Shown: one piece after another, positions 34,223 through 46,880 of the stretch
Numbering within the stretch: position 1 is the first letter of the stretch
How the letters are laid out: the number at the start of each line of letters is the position of its first letter
Source: Octopus bimaculoides
Lineage: Eukaryota
DNA: 64,000 bases
Reading direction: 5' to 3'
Assembly (NCBI RefSeq): GCF_001194135.2
Contig: NC_068981.1
Coordinates: 2,582,242-2,646,241, forward strand
Program-made: the position numbers and the translations under genes
Notes under the pieces: model-generated
What the model was told of the DNA's origin: nothing
What the model saw: the letters and a program-made list of their open reading frames with translations, nothing else
The model's database searches: none

Positions 34223-34345
34223 GGTGTCTGAAGTACAAACAACAGCAGCTGCTGTCTTTACGAACTTTGAGCTGTTGTTGTTCAACCCTTTGTCTGTCTT
34301 CATCATGCATTTCAATAATCAAAGGCATTTTAATATGGCTTCTCT

Positions 34346-34690
34346 CATCATCATCATCATCATCGTCATCGTCGTTTAACGTCCGTTTTCCATGCTGGCA
34401 TAGGTTGGACGGTTCAACTGGGGTCTGGGAAACCAGAAGGCTGCACCAGGCTCCAATCTGATCTGGCAGAGTTTCTACAGCTGGATGCCCTTCCTAACAC
34501 CAACCACTCTGAGAGTGTAATGGGTGCTTTTTACGTGCCACCGGCACAGGGGCCAGAGGAGCTGGCAACGACCATGATCGGATGGTGCTTTTTACGTGCC
34601 ACCGGCATGGAAGCCAGTCAAGGCGGCACTGGCATCGGCCACATTCAGATGGTGCTTTTTACATGCCACCAGCATGAGGGTCACAACTAC
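34346..34690 (-). mobile_element. RTE 3' fragment with three internal ggtgcttttacgtgccaccggca units
   Basis: (CAT)n-gtttaacgtccg start on the plus strand, family match. Confidence 0.85.
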
Positions 34691-34944
34691 AATTTCAATT
34701 TGATAGTAATTTGATTTGATTTGATTTTGATATTGATGTTGATGTTGATGTACTTGACTCAATAGGTCTCCTCAAGCTACAACTATATTACCTAATGTGT
34801 CCTTCCATTTTTTTATGAGGGTGGATTATAATTAAAAGAGATTTGGTTACTATTTCTAGCATGTCAAGTAATGATGTAGAGGTTCCCTTATTGGTCCAGC
34901 AGTTCATATCTTTGTTGAGTAGATATTGTTCAATGAACTGAGTG

Positions 34945-35107
34945 GTTGCTACACTCTCTGAGTGGTTGGCGTTAGGAAGGGCATCCAGCTGTAGAAACTC
35001 TGCCAAATTAGATTGGAGCCTGGTGTTGCCATCCGGTTTCACCAGTCCTCAGTCAAATCGTCCAACCCATGCTAGCATGGAAAGCGGACGTTAAACGATG
35101 ATGATGA
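34945..35107 (+). mobile_element. Young 5'-truncated RTE 3' end
   Basis: Near-identical to the 60760-60930 and 51363-51515 copies. Confidence 0.85.
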
Positions 35108-35375
35108 AACAGAATTAAGTTAGATATAAATACAGTAATCCCTCGCCTTGTGCACTCAGTACATCGTGATACTGTCATTTATTTAAGAAGTTGCAATCAC
35201 ATGGTTCCAGGTTTGATTCCATTGTGCAGCACCAATGTCATAAACTTGGGTTGATCCAAATTTTTCAAGTGAAATTGGAGTGACATAAACTGTGGAAGCC
35301 AGTCGAATGGACTGCACTTGTTTTTGAGTAGTAAACTGAACACTATTACCTGGCTTTTGAGCTGGACCAGCTTAA

Positions 35376-35595
35376 CCCTTTCGTTACTATATTTCTGTTG
35401 AGATGCTCTGTTTCTTTCAATTAATTTTAAATATAACAAAGAATTTAGTAAAATAACTTAGTTATCATTAAGCTAGTGTTAGGAACATAAATTGAGACTC
35501 AGGTTTGCTGGAAGATTTTAATTCAAAACTTATGAAAACAAGACACTTGTACTACAGAGCCAGAGACAGTTTCAGTCGGGTTGGTATCGAAAGGG
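35376..35595. mobile_element. piggyBac-type MITE with TTAA TSD
   Basis: TTAA|ccctttcgttac ... gtatcgaaaggg|TTAA; second copy at 48362-48590. Confidence 0.75.
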
Positions 35596-36503
35596 TTAAG
35601 AGCAATATAGGACCCTGGGCAAAGTTATGTACTGGCACTTATTGCATTTATTTATTTATTTATTGACAACAAGCCACAGCTTACATAGATTAGCACTGGG
35701 CCCCTAAACCTGTGCCCACCTCCTAGTAAATGTCCAGTATACCCCTGCTTTAACACAATACTGACTTGGGTGTATCTTTAACAGAATACCTTCTGTTGCA
35801 AGCATTCAGTACACCTCTCTGACTTAAGATTTATTCATAATTTTCCTTAATTAGTCTTGGAGATCCTGCAATCAAAGTCATAGGTGCCCTTCCTTCTCTG
35901 AATAAGCCTTAACAATGAAAAATGATGGAGGCACTTAAACTACCAAATTGTCTATGGTTATTGTATATTTCCACCGAAGCAATCACTTAGTAAATCTCAT
36001 TTATTAACCTCTCTCACATCCAATAAACTTCTTCCCCTTTTCTTTACAAAATCATCATCATCATTGTTTAACATCTGCCTTCCATGCTGGCATGGGTGGG
36101 ATGGTTTGACAGGAGTCAGCCTGCCCCAGACTTCTGTATCTGTTTTGGTAGGGTTTTTACAGCTGGACGCCCTTCCGAACACCAACCACCCANNNNNNNN
36201 NNCACCCAGCAGAGTGGACTTAGTGCTTTTTACATGGCACAAGCACAGGAGAGGTCAGTTTTGGTTAGGTTTTTACAGCTGGACGCCCTTCCGAACACCA
36301 ACCACTTTACAATATGGACTGGATGCTTTTTAAGTGGTACCTGCACTGACAGGGTCACCGAGTAACTTGCAAGACAAAAATCTTTTGAGAAGAGATGGGG
36401 CATTGGAGGAGGTGATCTTGTGTCTGATAATGAAAGGTTATAGTGTGACAGAGGGACAGAAACAGGTGTCTTGCTGTAGAGGAGGTACAAGGTTACTTGG
36501 TAG

Positions 36504-36565
<62 letters not shown>

Positions 36566-37864
36566 GGTGTGTTGCTGTAAAGGAGATACATGGTTACTCA
36601 ACCTGAAGGAAGAGCAGGAGAATGTGAGAGAGTGAGAGACAACAGGATAGAGATGGTGGCAAGGTGCCAGGGCATACCCTTGAGGTTCGAAGGTCAAAAC
36701 ATAAGTAGCAGGACATTGCCAAAGAAGCATGATTAGAGAGTGGTGGGGGGAGGGCTACTGGATAACAATGATAGAGAGAAAGAGGGGCAAGAGGACAAGA
36801 CTGCGGATGAGAGGTAAGTATAGTGCATGAAGGAGGAAATGAAAGGAAGAGAAGAGATGTAGAGGTGTAATTTGCTTTGTTGGGGTGGAATGTGTGAAAA
36901 GTTTTCTTATGTTTGTTTTTATGCTTTTGTTTTTCTTTTCGCACTTTATTACATTTTTTTTGAAAGGTTTGTTATTAAATCCTAATCTTCCATATTGGAA
37001 CATTCGATGTCACCATTTCACATATCCAGTCAACATGTCTTTATTCCCACATTTGGCATCTTCTGTCCATTGTGTTTTATTCATCATACCTGTAGCAATA
37101 CAATGCTCTGACATTGATCAGATATTTTTCGTTGGATTTTCGGTTAGGTAAAATTATTCCATGTCTTGTTGAACCAGTTTCTGCAACCCACCACATTTTT
37201 CACAGCTCTTTCTACCAATGTGTTTTCATAAATCAAGTCTTTTCTTGGTCAATGATCTCTTTTGAACCCAACTCCTTTGTTGATTCTCACAACTAAATGT
37301 TTCTTAAAATCAATTCTAAAGCTTCACCATGGTAACAGTCCACTGTTGTATTACGCAACTCTTCCACCTATGCTGTCATCTCAACAATGTTTAATGACCT
37401 TCAAAAATTCGAGATGTGTTGATTGTAATGTTGGTTTTATACATTTATACATTTAAGGACTGGACAATGGATGGATAGATGGGAGGAAGAAACAGTGATT
37501 AAGTATTTCTGCTTCTGAAGGAGGAGTCATGTCTTTAGAACGCTGTCTTGTCTTTGTGTAGAATTGTGATCACCATGTAATGTTACCAAGGATAGCAGAA
37601 CCCAACATTTGTTGTAAGTTTGAATGTTTTAAATCTGCGTCATTGATGAATATTGAAGGTGTGGTGTTGTAAGAGTATTTCCTTTTCTCATGAGTAGTAA
37701 TTGGTTCTATTGAAACGGATTAGGCTTTCATGTCCTTATTGGAACACGAGTTCGTGGTTTCCTTTTGTAAGAAACCATTTATGTCAGGTGTGAGACTTTT
37801 TGGTTGCATATGCAGGTGGCATTTAGGTGCTGGAAGGTAAGAAGAAATAGAAGTTGGTCTCATA

Positions 37865-38130
37865 TATCATCATCATCATCATCATCATCATCATTTAACG
37901 TCCGCTTTCCATGCTAGCATGGGTTGGATGATTTGACTGAGGACCGGGAAGCCAGAAGGCTGCACCAGGCTCCAATCTGATCTGGCAGAGTTTCTACAGC
38001 TGAATGCCCTTCCTAACGCCAACCACTCCAAAAGTGTAGTGGGTGCTTTTACGTGCCACTGGCACGAGGGCCAGTCACACGGTACTGGCAACAGCCGCAC
38101 TCAAAATGGTGTTTTTTACATGTCACCTGC
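37865..38130 (-). mobile_element. RTE 3' fragment
   Basis: Family match with (CAT)n at the left end. Confidence 0.85.
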
Positions 38131-38860
38131 ATATATGTAAGAGCATATTGTTGGTGGCAAAAGGGGATATGTCTGTAATGTGTAGGCGCAGTTGCCCCCT
38201 CCCCCCCACACACACACCTTGACTGCAGGTCAAAGAAGCTGGCCAGATACAGAGGGCGTTACCAGCATTAAGGTTCAGACACTCATCTCTTTCTCTTTCT
38301 GCACTGACACACGAGCTGTGAAGACGCAACCAAGCTGGTTCTCTCTCATATCACACGCCCGCTTGCAGATAGGAGTAAAGCACAGAAGACCGTGGCTTCT
38401 GCACACCAACCATTCTATTTATCATTCCATTTTGTATATACATGTGGCCACAATAAATGTGTTTGAAGTTACAACCTAGTCCATATGTTCTTCATCCAGG
38501 TCTGTTACCAAGTAAGATCACAGCTTTCTGAGTGAGTCATATTAGGTGGCTCAACAACGACCTACACCCGTCTAGAAAAATATACAGATGAATGTGAGAG
38601 ATACAACTTAATCATGAGGTATTCCAGAATTGTTAATATCTGAGTTGGGTTCAGATTGAGTGGAGTGGGCTCAGATTGAGTGGAGTTGGGCTCAGATTGA
38701 GTGGATGGGCAAAAGTAGGCATACAATTGCTTAATATAAGCAGAATGTTCTTCCCATTTCTCTAATATTTTTTCAGGATAAGAATTCTATGGTTTTATAC
38801 TCTTTTTAGCTAATTCTTTCTGTAATAAAATAATTATTCCTAATCTCAGATATTAATTAT

Positions 38861-39200
38861 ATGGCTGGAAATTTGACCAGTGACGAATGAAAGTGAATCA
38901 TCAAGCAGTACTGGAAAAAAGAGAATGCGAAAATGGTTAGACAGAAATGGATTAAAGAATTTCAAAGACTGGCTCCGTCAAGTTTAACAGTTTTCAGTAT
39001 ATGTGACCAATCTGAATAGACTTGGTCCATTTGCAATGGACAGAAAAATGATCAACTGGTCAATGTTACGACTGAAGAACATGAAATTCTTATGACTCAG
39101 GCATTCACTTGAAACTAAATGAACAGTGTTTCTTGAGACCATCAGGATATGTGGTGTCCTTCCAAAGGCTTTTTTAAACCAATGAATGCTAGGTATAATG
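38861..39200 (+). mobile_element. Tc1/mariner-superfamily transposase N-terminal fragment (DUF4817-like HTH), pseudogenised
   Basis: MAGNLTSDE*K*IIKQYWKKENAKMVRQKW...VTTEEHEILMTQAF with several in-frame stops. Confidence 0.6.
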
Positions 39201-40345
39201 GCTTTCTCTTTACAAATATGTTCTATAATTACCAGACTTGGAAGAGAGCATCAGTAGTACACTATCATGGCACAAAACTATACTGCATCACATTTGAGTT
39301 AATTAGTTGTGATTCCTAATTAATTAATTGTGCTATAGCTTTTCCTGTGACTTTCATAACTTGGTCCAACAATTTGATACCTCTGTAGTTACTTCTTTTT
39401 GAGGTATCTTTTTGGCTCTTGTAGCAATTTTTGATGACACTGCTGTACCAGTCATTGTAGTTTGCTATTTCTTGTATTACATCATTGATTCTATAAATGA
39501 TTGGCCAGCATCCAACCTCACAGATGTTTTCAGAAATTGAAATACTATTACAATAATGATAAGGATGATGATATCAGTATTAAACAAGAGCACACACACA
39601 TATATATATACATATATATATATATATCTGTGTGTTGATACATATAAATATGTATATGCATGTATGTATGTAGCTATCTGTGTGTGTGTGTGTGTGTGTG
39701 CGTGTGTGCGTGCGTGCGTGCGTGCGTGTGNNNNNNNNNNNNNNNNNNNNNNNNNNNNNNNNNNNNNNNNNNNNNNNNNNNNNNNNNNNNNNNNNNNNNN
39801 NNNNNNNNNNNNNNNNNNNNNNNNNNNNNNNNNNNNNNNNNNNNNNNNNNNNNNNNNNNNNNNNNNNNNNNNNNNNNNNNNNNNNNNNNNNNNNNNNNNN
39901 NNNNNNNNNNNNNNNNNNNNNNNNNNNNNNNNNNNNNNNNNNNNNNNNNNNNNNNNNNNNNNNNNNNNNNNNNNNNNNNNNNNNNNNNNNNNNNNNNNNN
40001 NNNNNNNNNNNNNNNNNNNNNNNNNNNNNNNNNNNNNNNNNNNNNNNNNNNNNNNNNNNNNNNNNNNNNNNNNNNNNNNNNNNNNNNNNNNNNNNNNNNN
40101 NNNNNNNNNNNNNNNNNNNNNNAACTCAAGGAGGCTTGATTTTTAGGAAAAGCGTCTGGAGTTGATATTATGAAACCACGAATCATTAGTTAAAAAAATG
40201 CAGTGCAGTATTTTCCAGGTTCTCTACGCCTGGAGTTCAAATTCCAGTGAGGTCGATTTTGCCTTTCGTTCCCCCGAGGGCAATAGAATAAAGTACCAGA
40301 CAAGCACTGAGATCGATGGTGTTGCTTAAACGTACGCACTTACGT

Positions 40346-40380
<35 letters not shown>

Positions 40381-41119
40381 TCCTGTCAAACCGTCCATCC
40401 CATGCTAGTGTGGAAGATGAATATTAAATGATGATGGTGATAATTTGCTATAAGGACATGAAGCAGCAATAATGCAAATAAATAAGTGTATATTTATTTT
40501 CTTAGCCCATTTTTTTACTCTAGAAGCTGCAAGATTTTGTGTCAGAGTGAAAAACTTCTCTTAGCAACCTTTGTGCGTAAAATCTCATTGAACCAAATGA
40601 TGTCACTCGGAGCACAGCTCAATGTGTTTTTAGATACCTAGTTATCATTGCTACTTCATGTACTTCTACAAAAATATGGTCATCACCGGCATCATCATTT
40701 AATGTCCCTCTTCCATTCTTGCATAGGCTGAACACTTTGACAGGGTCTGACAGATCAGAAGACCACCTCATGTTCCTTGTCTGTCTTTGCATGGTTTCTA
40801 GAACTAGATGCTCTCTCTAATGACAACCATTTTACAGAGTATACTGGGTATTTTTTTTTATGTCACCAGCATTTGTGATATCACTATGCATCTCATAAGA
40901 CAGAGATCCCTTTCAACTTAGTGGGGTTACAACAGAGAGAGAGATGGCTTTATGCAAGGATATAAGATGTTAAATCATAAAAGAAGGAATCAGAACATAA
41001 TAGATTTCTTGCTGTAGAGAAGCTACACATTATAGAGGTGTGGGCTTAGAAAGAGAGATAAAACTAGTAGTGATAAGGAATCAGAGGGACCCTCAGTGTA
41101 CAAGGTGAACCCCTGTCAC

Positions 41120-41535
41120 TAATGGATCTTGTATCAAAATGTTAAACGTTGTAAACAATGGTTTGGTAAAAGGGAAAAAGCTCAACCACAACAGAGAAGG
41201 GAACTTCATGGAAAAAAGGTTCTTCTCTCTATCTGGTAGGATTGCAAAGAGGTAATTCACTTTGAATTGTTACCACCTAATGCAACAATCAATGCTCAAG
41301 TCTACTGTCAGCAATCAGAGCGTTTGAACCAAGCTTTGAAGAAAAAAAGATCAGCTTTAGTGAATCGAAAAGGAGTGATGTTTCATCAGGACAATGTGTG
41401 ACCCCACACTGCGAAGATCACATCACAGAAGATTGAAGAGCTTGGTTGGGAAAAAAATTCCTCATCCACCTTATTCTCCCGACCTGGCTCCTTCAGACTA
41501 CCATTTGTTTCATAGTTTACAGAATCATTTGAGGG
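41120..41535 (+). mobile_element. Mariner transposase catalytic-domain fragment (runs into gap)
   Basis: KKVLLSIW*D, FHQDNV*PH and PHPPYSPDLAPSDYHLF motifs of DD34D transposases. Confidence 0.93.
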
Positions 41536-42268
41536 NNNNNNNNNNNNNNNNNNNNNNNNNNNNNNNNNNNNNNNNNNNNNNNNNNNNNNNNNNNNNNNNN
41601 NNNNNNNNNNNNNNNNNNNNNNNNNNNNNNNNNNNNNNNNNNNNNNNNNNNNNNNNNNNNNNNNNNNNNNNNNNNNNNNNNNNNNNNNNNNNNNNNNNNN
41701 NNNNNNNNNNNNNNNNNNNNNNNNNNNNNNNNNNNNNNNNNNNNNNNNNNNNNNNNNNNNNNNNNNNNNNNNNNNNNNNNNNNNNNNNNNNNNNNNNNNN
41801 NNNNNNNNNNNNNNNNNNNNNNNNNNNNNNNNNNNNNNNNNNNNNNNNNNNNNNNNNNNNNNNNNNNNNNNNNNNNNNNNNNNNNNNNNNNNNNNNNNNN
41901 NNNNNNNNNNNNNNNNNNNNNNNNNNNNNNNNNNNNNNNNNNNNNNNNNNNNNNNNNNNNNNNNNNNNNNNNNNNNNNNNNNNNNNNNNNNNNNNNNNNN
42001 NNNNNNNNNNNNNNNNNNNNNNNNNNNNNNNNNNNNNNNNNNNNNNNNNNNNNNNNNNNNNNNNNNNNNNNNNNNNNNNNNNNNNNNNNNNNNNNNNNNN
42101 NNNNNNNNNNNNNNNNNNNNNNNNNNNNNNNNNNNNNNNNNNNNNNNNNNNNNNNNNNNNNNNNNNNNNNNNNNNNNNNNNNNNNNNNNNNNNNNNNNNN
42201 NNNNNNNNNNNNNNNNNNNNNNNNNNNNNNNNNNNNNNNNNNNNNNNNNNNNNNNNNNNNNNNNNNNN

Positions 42269-42300
<32 letters not shown>

Positions 42301-42885
42301 TGTGTGTCTGTGTTCGTGTGTCTGTGTATATATATGATGAGCTTCTTTCAGTTTCCGTCTACCAAATCCATTCACAAGGCTTTGGTTGGCCCGAAGCTAT
42401 AGTAGAAGATATTTGCCCAAGGTGCCACGCAGTGGGATTGAACCCAGAACCATGTGGTTGGAAAGCAAGCTACTAACCACACAGCTACTCCTGCGCCTAT
42501 ATATATAAGTGTATTTGGGTGTTTAAAAGTTTTTTTGTGTAATCAATTTCACAGTTGGCTGTACTCCCTTGCAACTCTAAAATAATGTATATGCACATGC
42601 ACACACTCATATATATAACTATGAATGTATGATGGTATGTATGTATTCATGTATGTGAGTGTATGTATTTTATATGCATGAATGCATGTTTATATAACAC
42701 CTGCTTTATTTATTTTTCTACGATTGCAATGTGAGAATATGTTTCAATAGGCAATTGATTTTAAAGGTATACAATTATTTCTGGGTAGTTGTGAAGTAGC
42801 TACGAAAGCTGAATTTGTGAACAAAGTAAACTGGAACAAGCATAGTTATCTACCTTACACAATACTATGGTTTCTCATGCATATA

Positions 42886-43269
42886 TAGTGGTACCTCACA
42901 GTACAAGTTTAATTCGTTCTGTGACCGAGCTTGTTTTACAATTTACTCGTTTTACAAATTAATTTTCCCACTGGAATTAACCAAAATATAATTAATCCGT
43001 TCCAGCCCCCCAAAACCACTCAAAAATAATTTTATATGGGTTTTAAAACAGAAAAGGTGAAGTTACAAGTAAAATGACAATTATAAAAGAGAGAATGTAA
43101 AAGAAATATGGAAACTGGTTTTATTAACTGAATTACCTTAAAGATGGGACGATTTGTGTGCTCGTACTGCAGATTTTCACTTGTACTTCAAGACAAAAAT
43201 TCACATGAGTCTCAGCATGTACAGAAAATTACTTGTATAATGGGGCACTTGTACTGCGAGGTTCTACTG
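42886..43269. mobile_element. Tigger/pogo-type MITE
   Basis: tagtggtacctcacagtacaag ... cttgtactgcgaggttctactg|TA inverted ends. Confidence 0.65.
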
Positions 43270-43782
43270 TACGCATGTATATGTGTAACTAGTACAGCAG
43301 TAGTCCACCACTTTAGCATTACACATAACATGTTTTATATATACAAGTGTAGATGTATAGTTGAGAAGCTTGCTTCCCAACCATGTAGACTCAAGTTCAG
43401 TCCTACTGTATGGTATTTAGGGTCGGTGGTTTTCTTCTACCACAACCTTGGGCCCAACAATAGCCTTGTGAATGAATTTGGTAGATGGAAACTGAAAGAA
43501 GCTCATTACATATATTTTTATGCATGTGTGTAATTTTGTTTTGACATCACATGAAGGTTGTAAATGAGCATCACCATCATGTAGGCAGTGGAGTTCATAT
43601 CTAGTCTTCTGTGCAAACCATGTCTGTTCACGAAGAAATATTATTTTACTTGGAAACAATTGAGAGTTGGTGATAGGAAGAGCATCCGACCATTGAAAAT
43701 CCACCTCAATGAACTCTGTCTGATCCATGCAAACAAAGAAAAGTGGACGCTAATAGAATTGATATATTTTTGTATTAGGTTT

Positions 43783-43829
<47 letters not shown>

Positions 43830-43839
43830 NNNNNNNNNN

Positions 43840-43884
<45 letters not shown>

Positions 43885-44107
43885 CAGAGCCTTATATACA
43901 TATATGTATGCATGTACATATATATGTATGTGTAGGTGTGGTATGGAGTGGTTAAGGGGGTCACTTTCCAAACACATGGTTTCAGGTTTAGTCACACTGC
44001 ATGGCATTGTAGACAAATGTCTCCTATGACTTCTGGCTGACCAAAGCCTTGAGAGTAGATCTAGTAGATAGAAACTGAAAGAAACCCACATATATATATG
44101 TATGTTT

Positions 44108-44148
<41 letters not shown>

Positions 44149-44169
44149 CGTGTGTGTGTGTGTGTGTGA

Positions 44170-44476
44170 GCCTGCAACAGCTGGACGTATTGCATTACAA
44201 CTGGACTCATGCCAGTTCTGTGGTCTTATACACTGTCACAAACTTCCTGGTAATCCAAGCACTACCCTCAACTGCTTTCTCCCCACATTCCTTGATGTTC
44301 CTCCTCATAGCAGATACACCAATCACCTTCAGAAACCTTCTGAGAGAAGCTGCTGGGAAACCCCTGCGGCCTACCTCGAATGCCACCAGCTCACAGAAAG
44401 GTTTATATAATGGTCTTTTATAATGGTCTTCTATAACGGCAAGTAAGGCATCCTTTCAGGAGCCAATAAAAAATAG
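44170..44476 (-). mobile_element. HERO/NeSL-like non-LTR element 3' fragment, copy 1
   Basis: Minus strand translates to an AFEVGRRG F...ECGEKAVEGSAWITRK-type C-terminus; near-identical to the 46573 copy. Confidence 0.5.
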
Positions 44477-44880
44477 CAATGTTCCACCTTCGAATGAGAG
44501 CATGTATCCCTTCACCGTAAAATTCTGTTGACTGTTCCTTGAACCACTTCTTCACTACTACAGTTTTCACTTCCTCATCACTGTTTGCTTCTCAAACCCT
44601 CTTTCATGGGGTCGAAGAGAGATGATAGTCCAGTGACAAGGAAGTGAAAACTGTAGTGAAGAAGTGGCTCAAAGAACAGTCAACAGAATTTTACGAGGCA
44701 GGGATACATGCTCTCATTCAAAGGTGGAACATTGCTATTGAGAGAAACGGTGACTATGTTGAGAAGTAGGGATGTGATCCACAGGGGACCAGCTTCATTT
44801 TGATGTATGATACATGTTCCTGTGTTGGTAATTATACCTGTCCTAAACAAAATGGCATTACTTTTTGACTCACCCTTGTA
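44472..44880. mobile_element. Mariner 3'-end fragments in inverted arrangement, ending in a 3' TIR
   Basis: Plus strand reads SDKEVKTVVKKWLKEQSTEFYEAGIHALIQRWNIAIERNGDYVEK* then ends ...tttttgactcacccttgta. The same region occurs on the minus strand at 44472-44630, preceded by a DYHLFDPMKEGL-like stretch. Confidence 0.8.
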
Positions 44881-45060
44881 CATACACACTTATGTACACA
44901 CACACATACACGCATATGCTTACACACACACGTATATACATGCTTACACATACACATACATATATGTGCTTAAACATACACATACATATCCATGTCCACC
45001 CCCACAAACGTGTTTGTCATTCGTCCATGCTATCAGGATTGTTTTTCTATTACAAAACAG

Positions 45061-45128
45061 TTAAATACGATTTACCAAAGCGTTTTCACAAGTGGATACT
45101 CTTGAAAGGTTTAATAACTCACCTGTGA
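45061..45128 (+). CDS. Candidate terminal coding exon A: (x)KYDLPKRFHKWILLKGLITHL* (exon 45061-45156)
   Basis: Acceptor ttgtttttctattacaaaacag, phase-1 open frame to TGA, donor AG|gtaaag at 45157; paralogous to the 49590 copy. Confidence 0.45.
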
Positions 45129-45535
45129 CTTAAGACTAATGACTGTTTTCATTAAGGTAAAGCTGAACTATCAGATTAACATTCTCTGTCTTCATATGAA
45201 ACAAGTGGTGATTTAGCAGAGTCATTACTGTGTTGGGTAGTAATGCTTTGCTTAGATTTCTTGAGCTTTGAGTTCAAATCTCATCAAGGACAACTTTGTC
45301 TTTCATCCTTCTAGAGTTGATAAAATCACTGTTGTTCATTTGCGTTCTTTCTGGAAAACATGTCTCGCTTTAGGGAAATATTACTTTGCATGGAAACAGG
45401 TTAGGGTCAGAAGCAGGAAGAGCATCCAGCAGTATAAAATCTGTCTGAATGAATTCTGTCTGACCCGTGGGAGCATGGGGAAAAAAGGACTTTCAAACAA
45501 TGGTCTCATGCACGCATGCACGCATGCATGCGCGT

Positions 45536-45574
<39 letters not shown>

Positions 45575-45737
45575 ATTGTAGTGATTAATAAAAATTCTCA
45601 AATCTTCCATTTTCTGTCTCTCATTATTTACCATATCTGCCATGTAAAAAACACGAAGTCCACTCTGCTGATGGTTGGTGTTAGGAAGGGTGTCCAGCTG
45701 TAAAAATCCTGCCAAAACAGTGACAGAAGTCTGGTGC

Positions 45738-45964
45738 GGCGAACTGGCAGAAACGTTAGCACGCCAGGCAACATGCTTAGCGGTATTTCATCTGTCTTTA
45801 CATTCTGAGTTCAAATTCCGCTGTGTTGACTTTGCCTTTCATCCTTTTGTGGTCGATAAATTAAGTACCAGTTACGCACTGGGATCGATGTAATTGACTT
45901 AATCCCTTTGTCTGTCCTTCTTTGTTCCCTCTATGTTTAGCCCCTTGTGGCCAATAAAGAAATA
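45738..45964 (+). mobile_element. SINE family A nested in an RTE 3' fragment (45612-46070), with 13-bp TSD
   Basis: TSD agaagtctggtgc at 45725-45737 and 45965-45977; the RTE sequence resumes after it. Confidence 0.88.
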
Positions 45965-46039
45965 AGAAGTCTGGTGCAGGCTTCTACTTGGCCAGCTCTT
46001 GTGAACCCGTCCCACCCATGCTAGCATGAAAGGCAGCAC

Positions 46040-46070
<31 letters not shown>

Positions 46071-46489
46071 ATATATATATATATATATATCAGTTGAATA
46101 AAATTAAAACATGGTCTGGTTTTCATGTTTTTTATTATAGCATTTTAATATTAAAAAGAGATATATTTTGTAATGCTCATAAGGTTAAATTAGTACTTTC
46201 ATACATTGAGTAATCAAATGTGTTTAACTAACAGTTGAGTTCTTGACAACTTTAGTACCTCTTAGAATGCTTCGACATGCACCTTCAAACCGTATTCTAA
46301 AAATTCAAGCATTGAAGTCAGATTTCCAGTTGGAAGATATTTAACTTTCCCATGACCGTCGATCTTAGAGGTCTTTTAAAAGGTCATGGACACTGTCCTT
46401 CCCTCCTGACTAGTTCTCAACTCAGTTTTCATTGGTGAGTTGTACAGTATCGACCAGGAAAGTAGAAGATAAACACCAAGTGCTCCCTT

Positions 46490-46880
46490 TCTCGTCCGGC
46501 TGCAATCATCAGCTGAGTACCATACTTCGCTGAGATTTCAGCCTATTATGCTCAGTATCTCTCCACACAGTGGGCCCGCAGCAGCTGGACGTATTGCATT
46601 GCAACCGGACTCATGCCAATTCTGTGGTCTTATACACTCTCACAAACTTCCTGGTAATCCAAGCACTACCCTCAACTGCTTTCTCCCCACATTCCTTGAT
46701 GATCCTCCTCAAAGCAGATACACCAGCCACCTTCAGAAACCTTCTGAGAGAAACTGCTAGGAAACCCCTGCGGCCTAACTCGAATGCAACCAGCTCACAG
46801 AAAGGTTTATATAATGGTCTTTTATAATGGTCTTCTATAACGGCAAGTAGGTCATCTTTTCAGGAGCCAATAAAAAATTA
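46490..46880 (-). mobile_element. HERO/NeSL-like non-LTR element 3' fragment, copy 2 (with more 3'UTR)
   Basis: KPFCELVAFELGRRGFLAVSLRRFLKVAGVSALRRIIKECGEKAVEGSAWITRKFVRVYKTTELA*. Confidence 0.5.

Noticed and set aside
36950-37850. Possible old LINE RT remnant on the minus strand
   Set aside because: Only weak motif hints with many stops, so the family cannot be supported by eye
38640-38710. Three gggctcagattgagtgga units, superficially CRISPR-like
   Set aside because: No unique spacers and a eukaryotic context; it is an ordinary minisatellite
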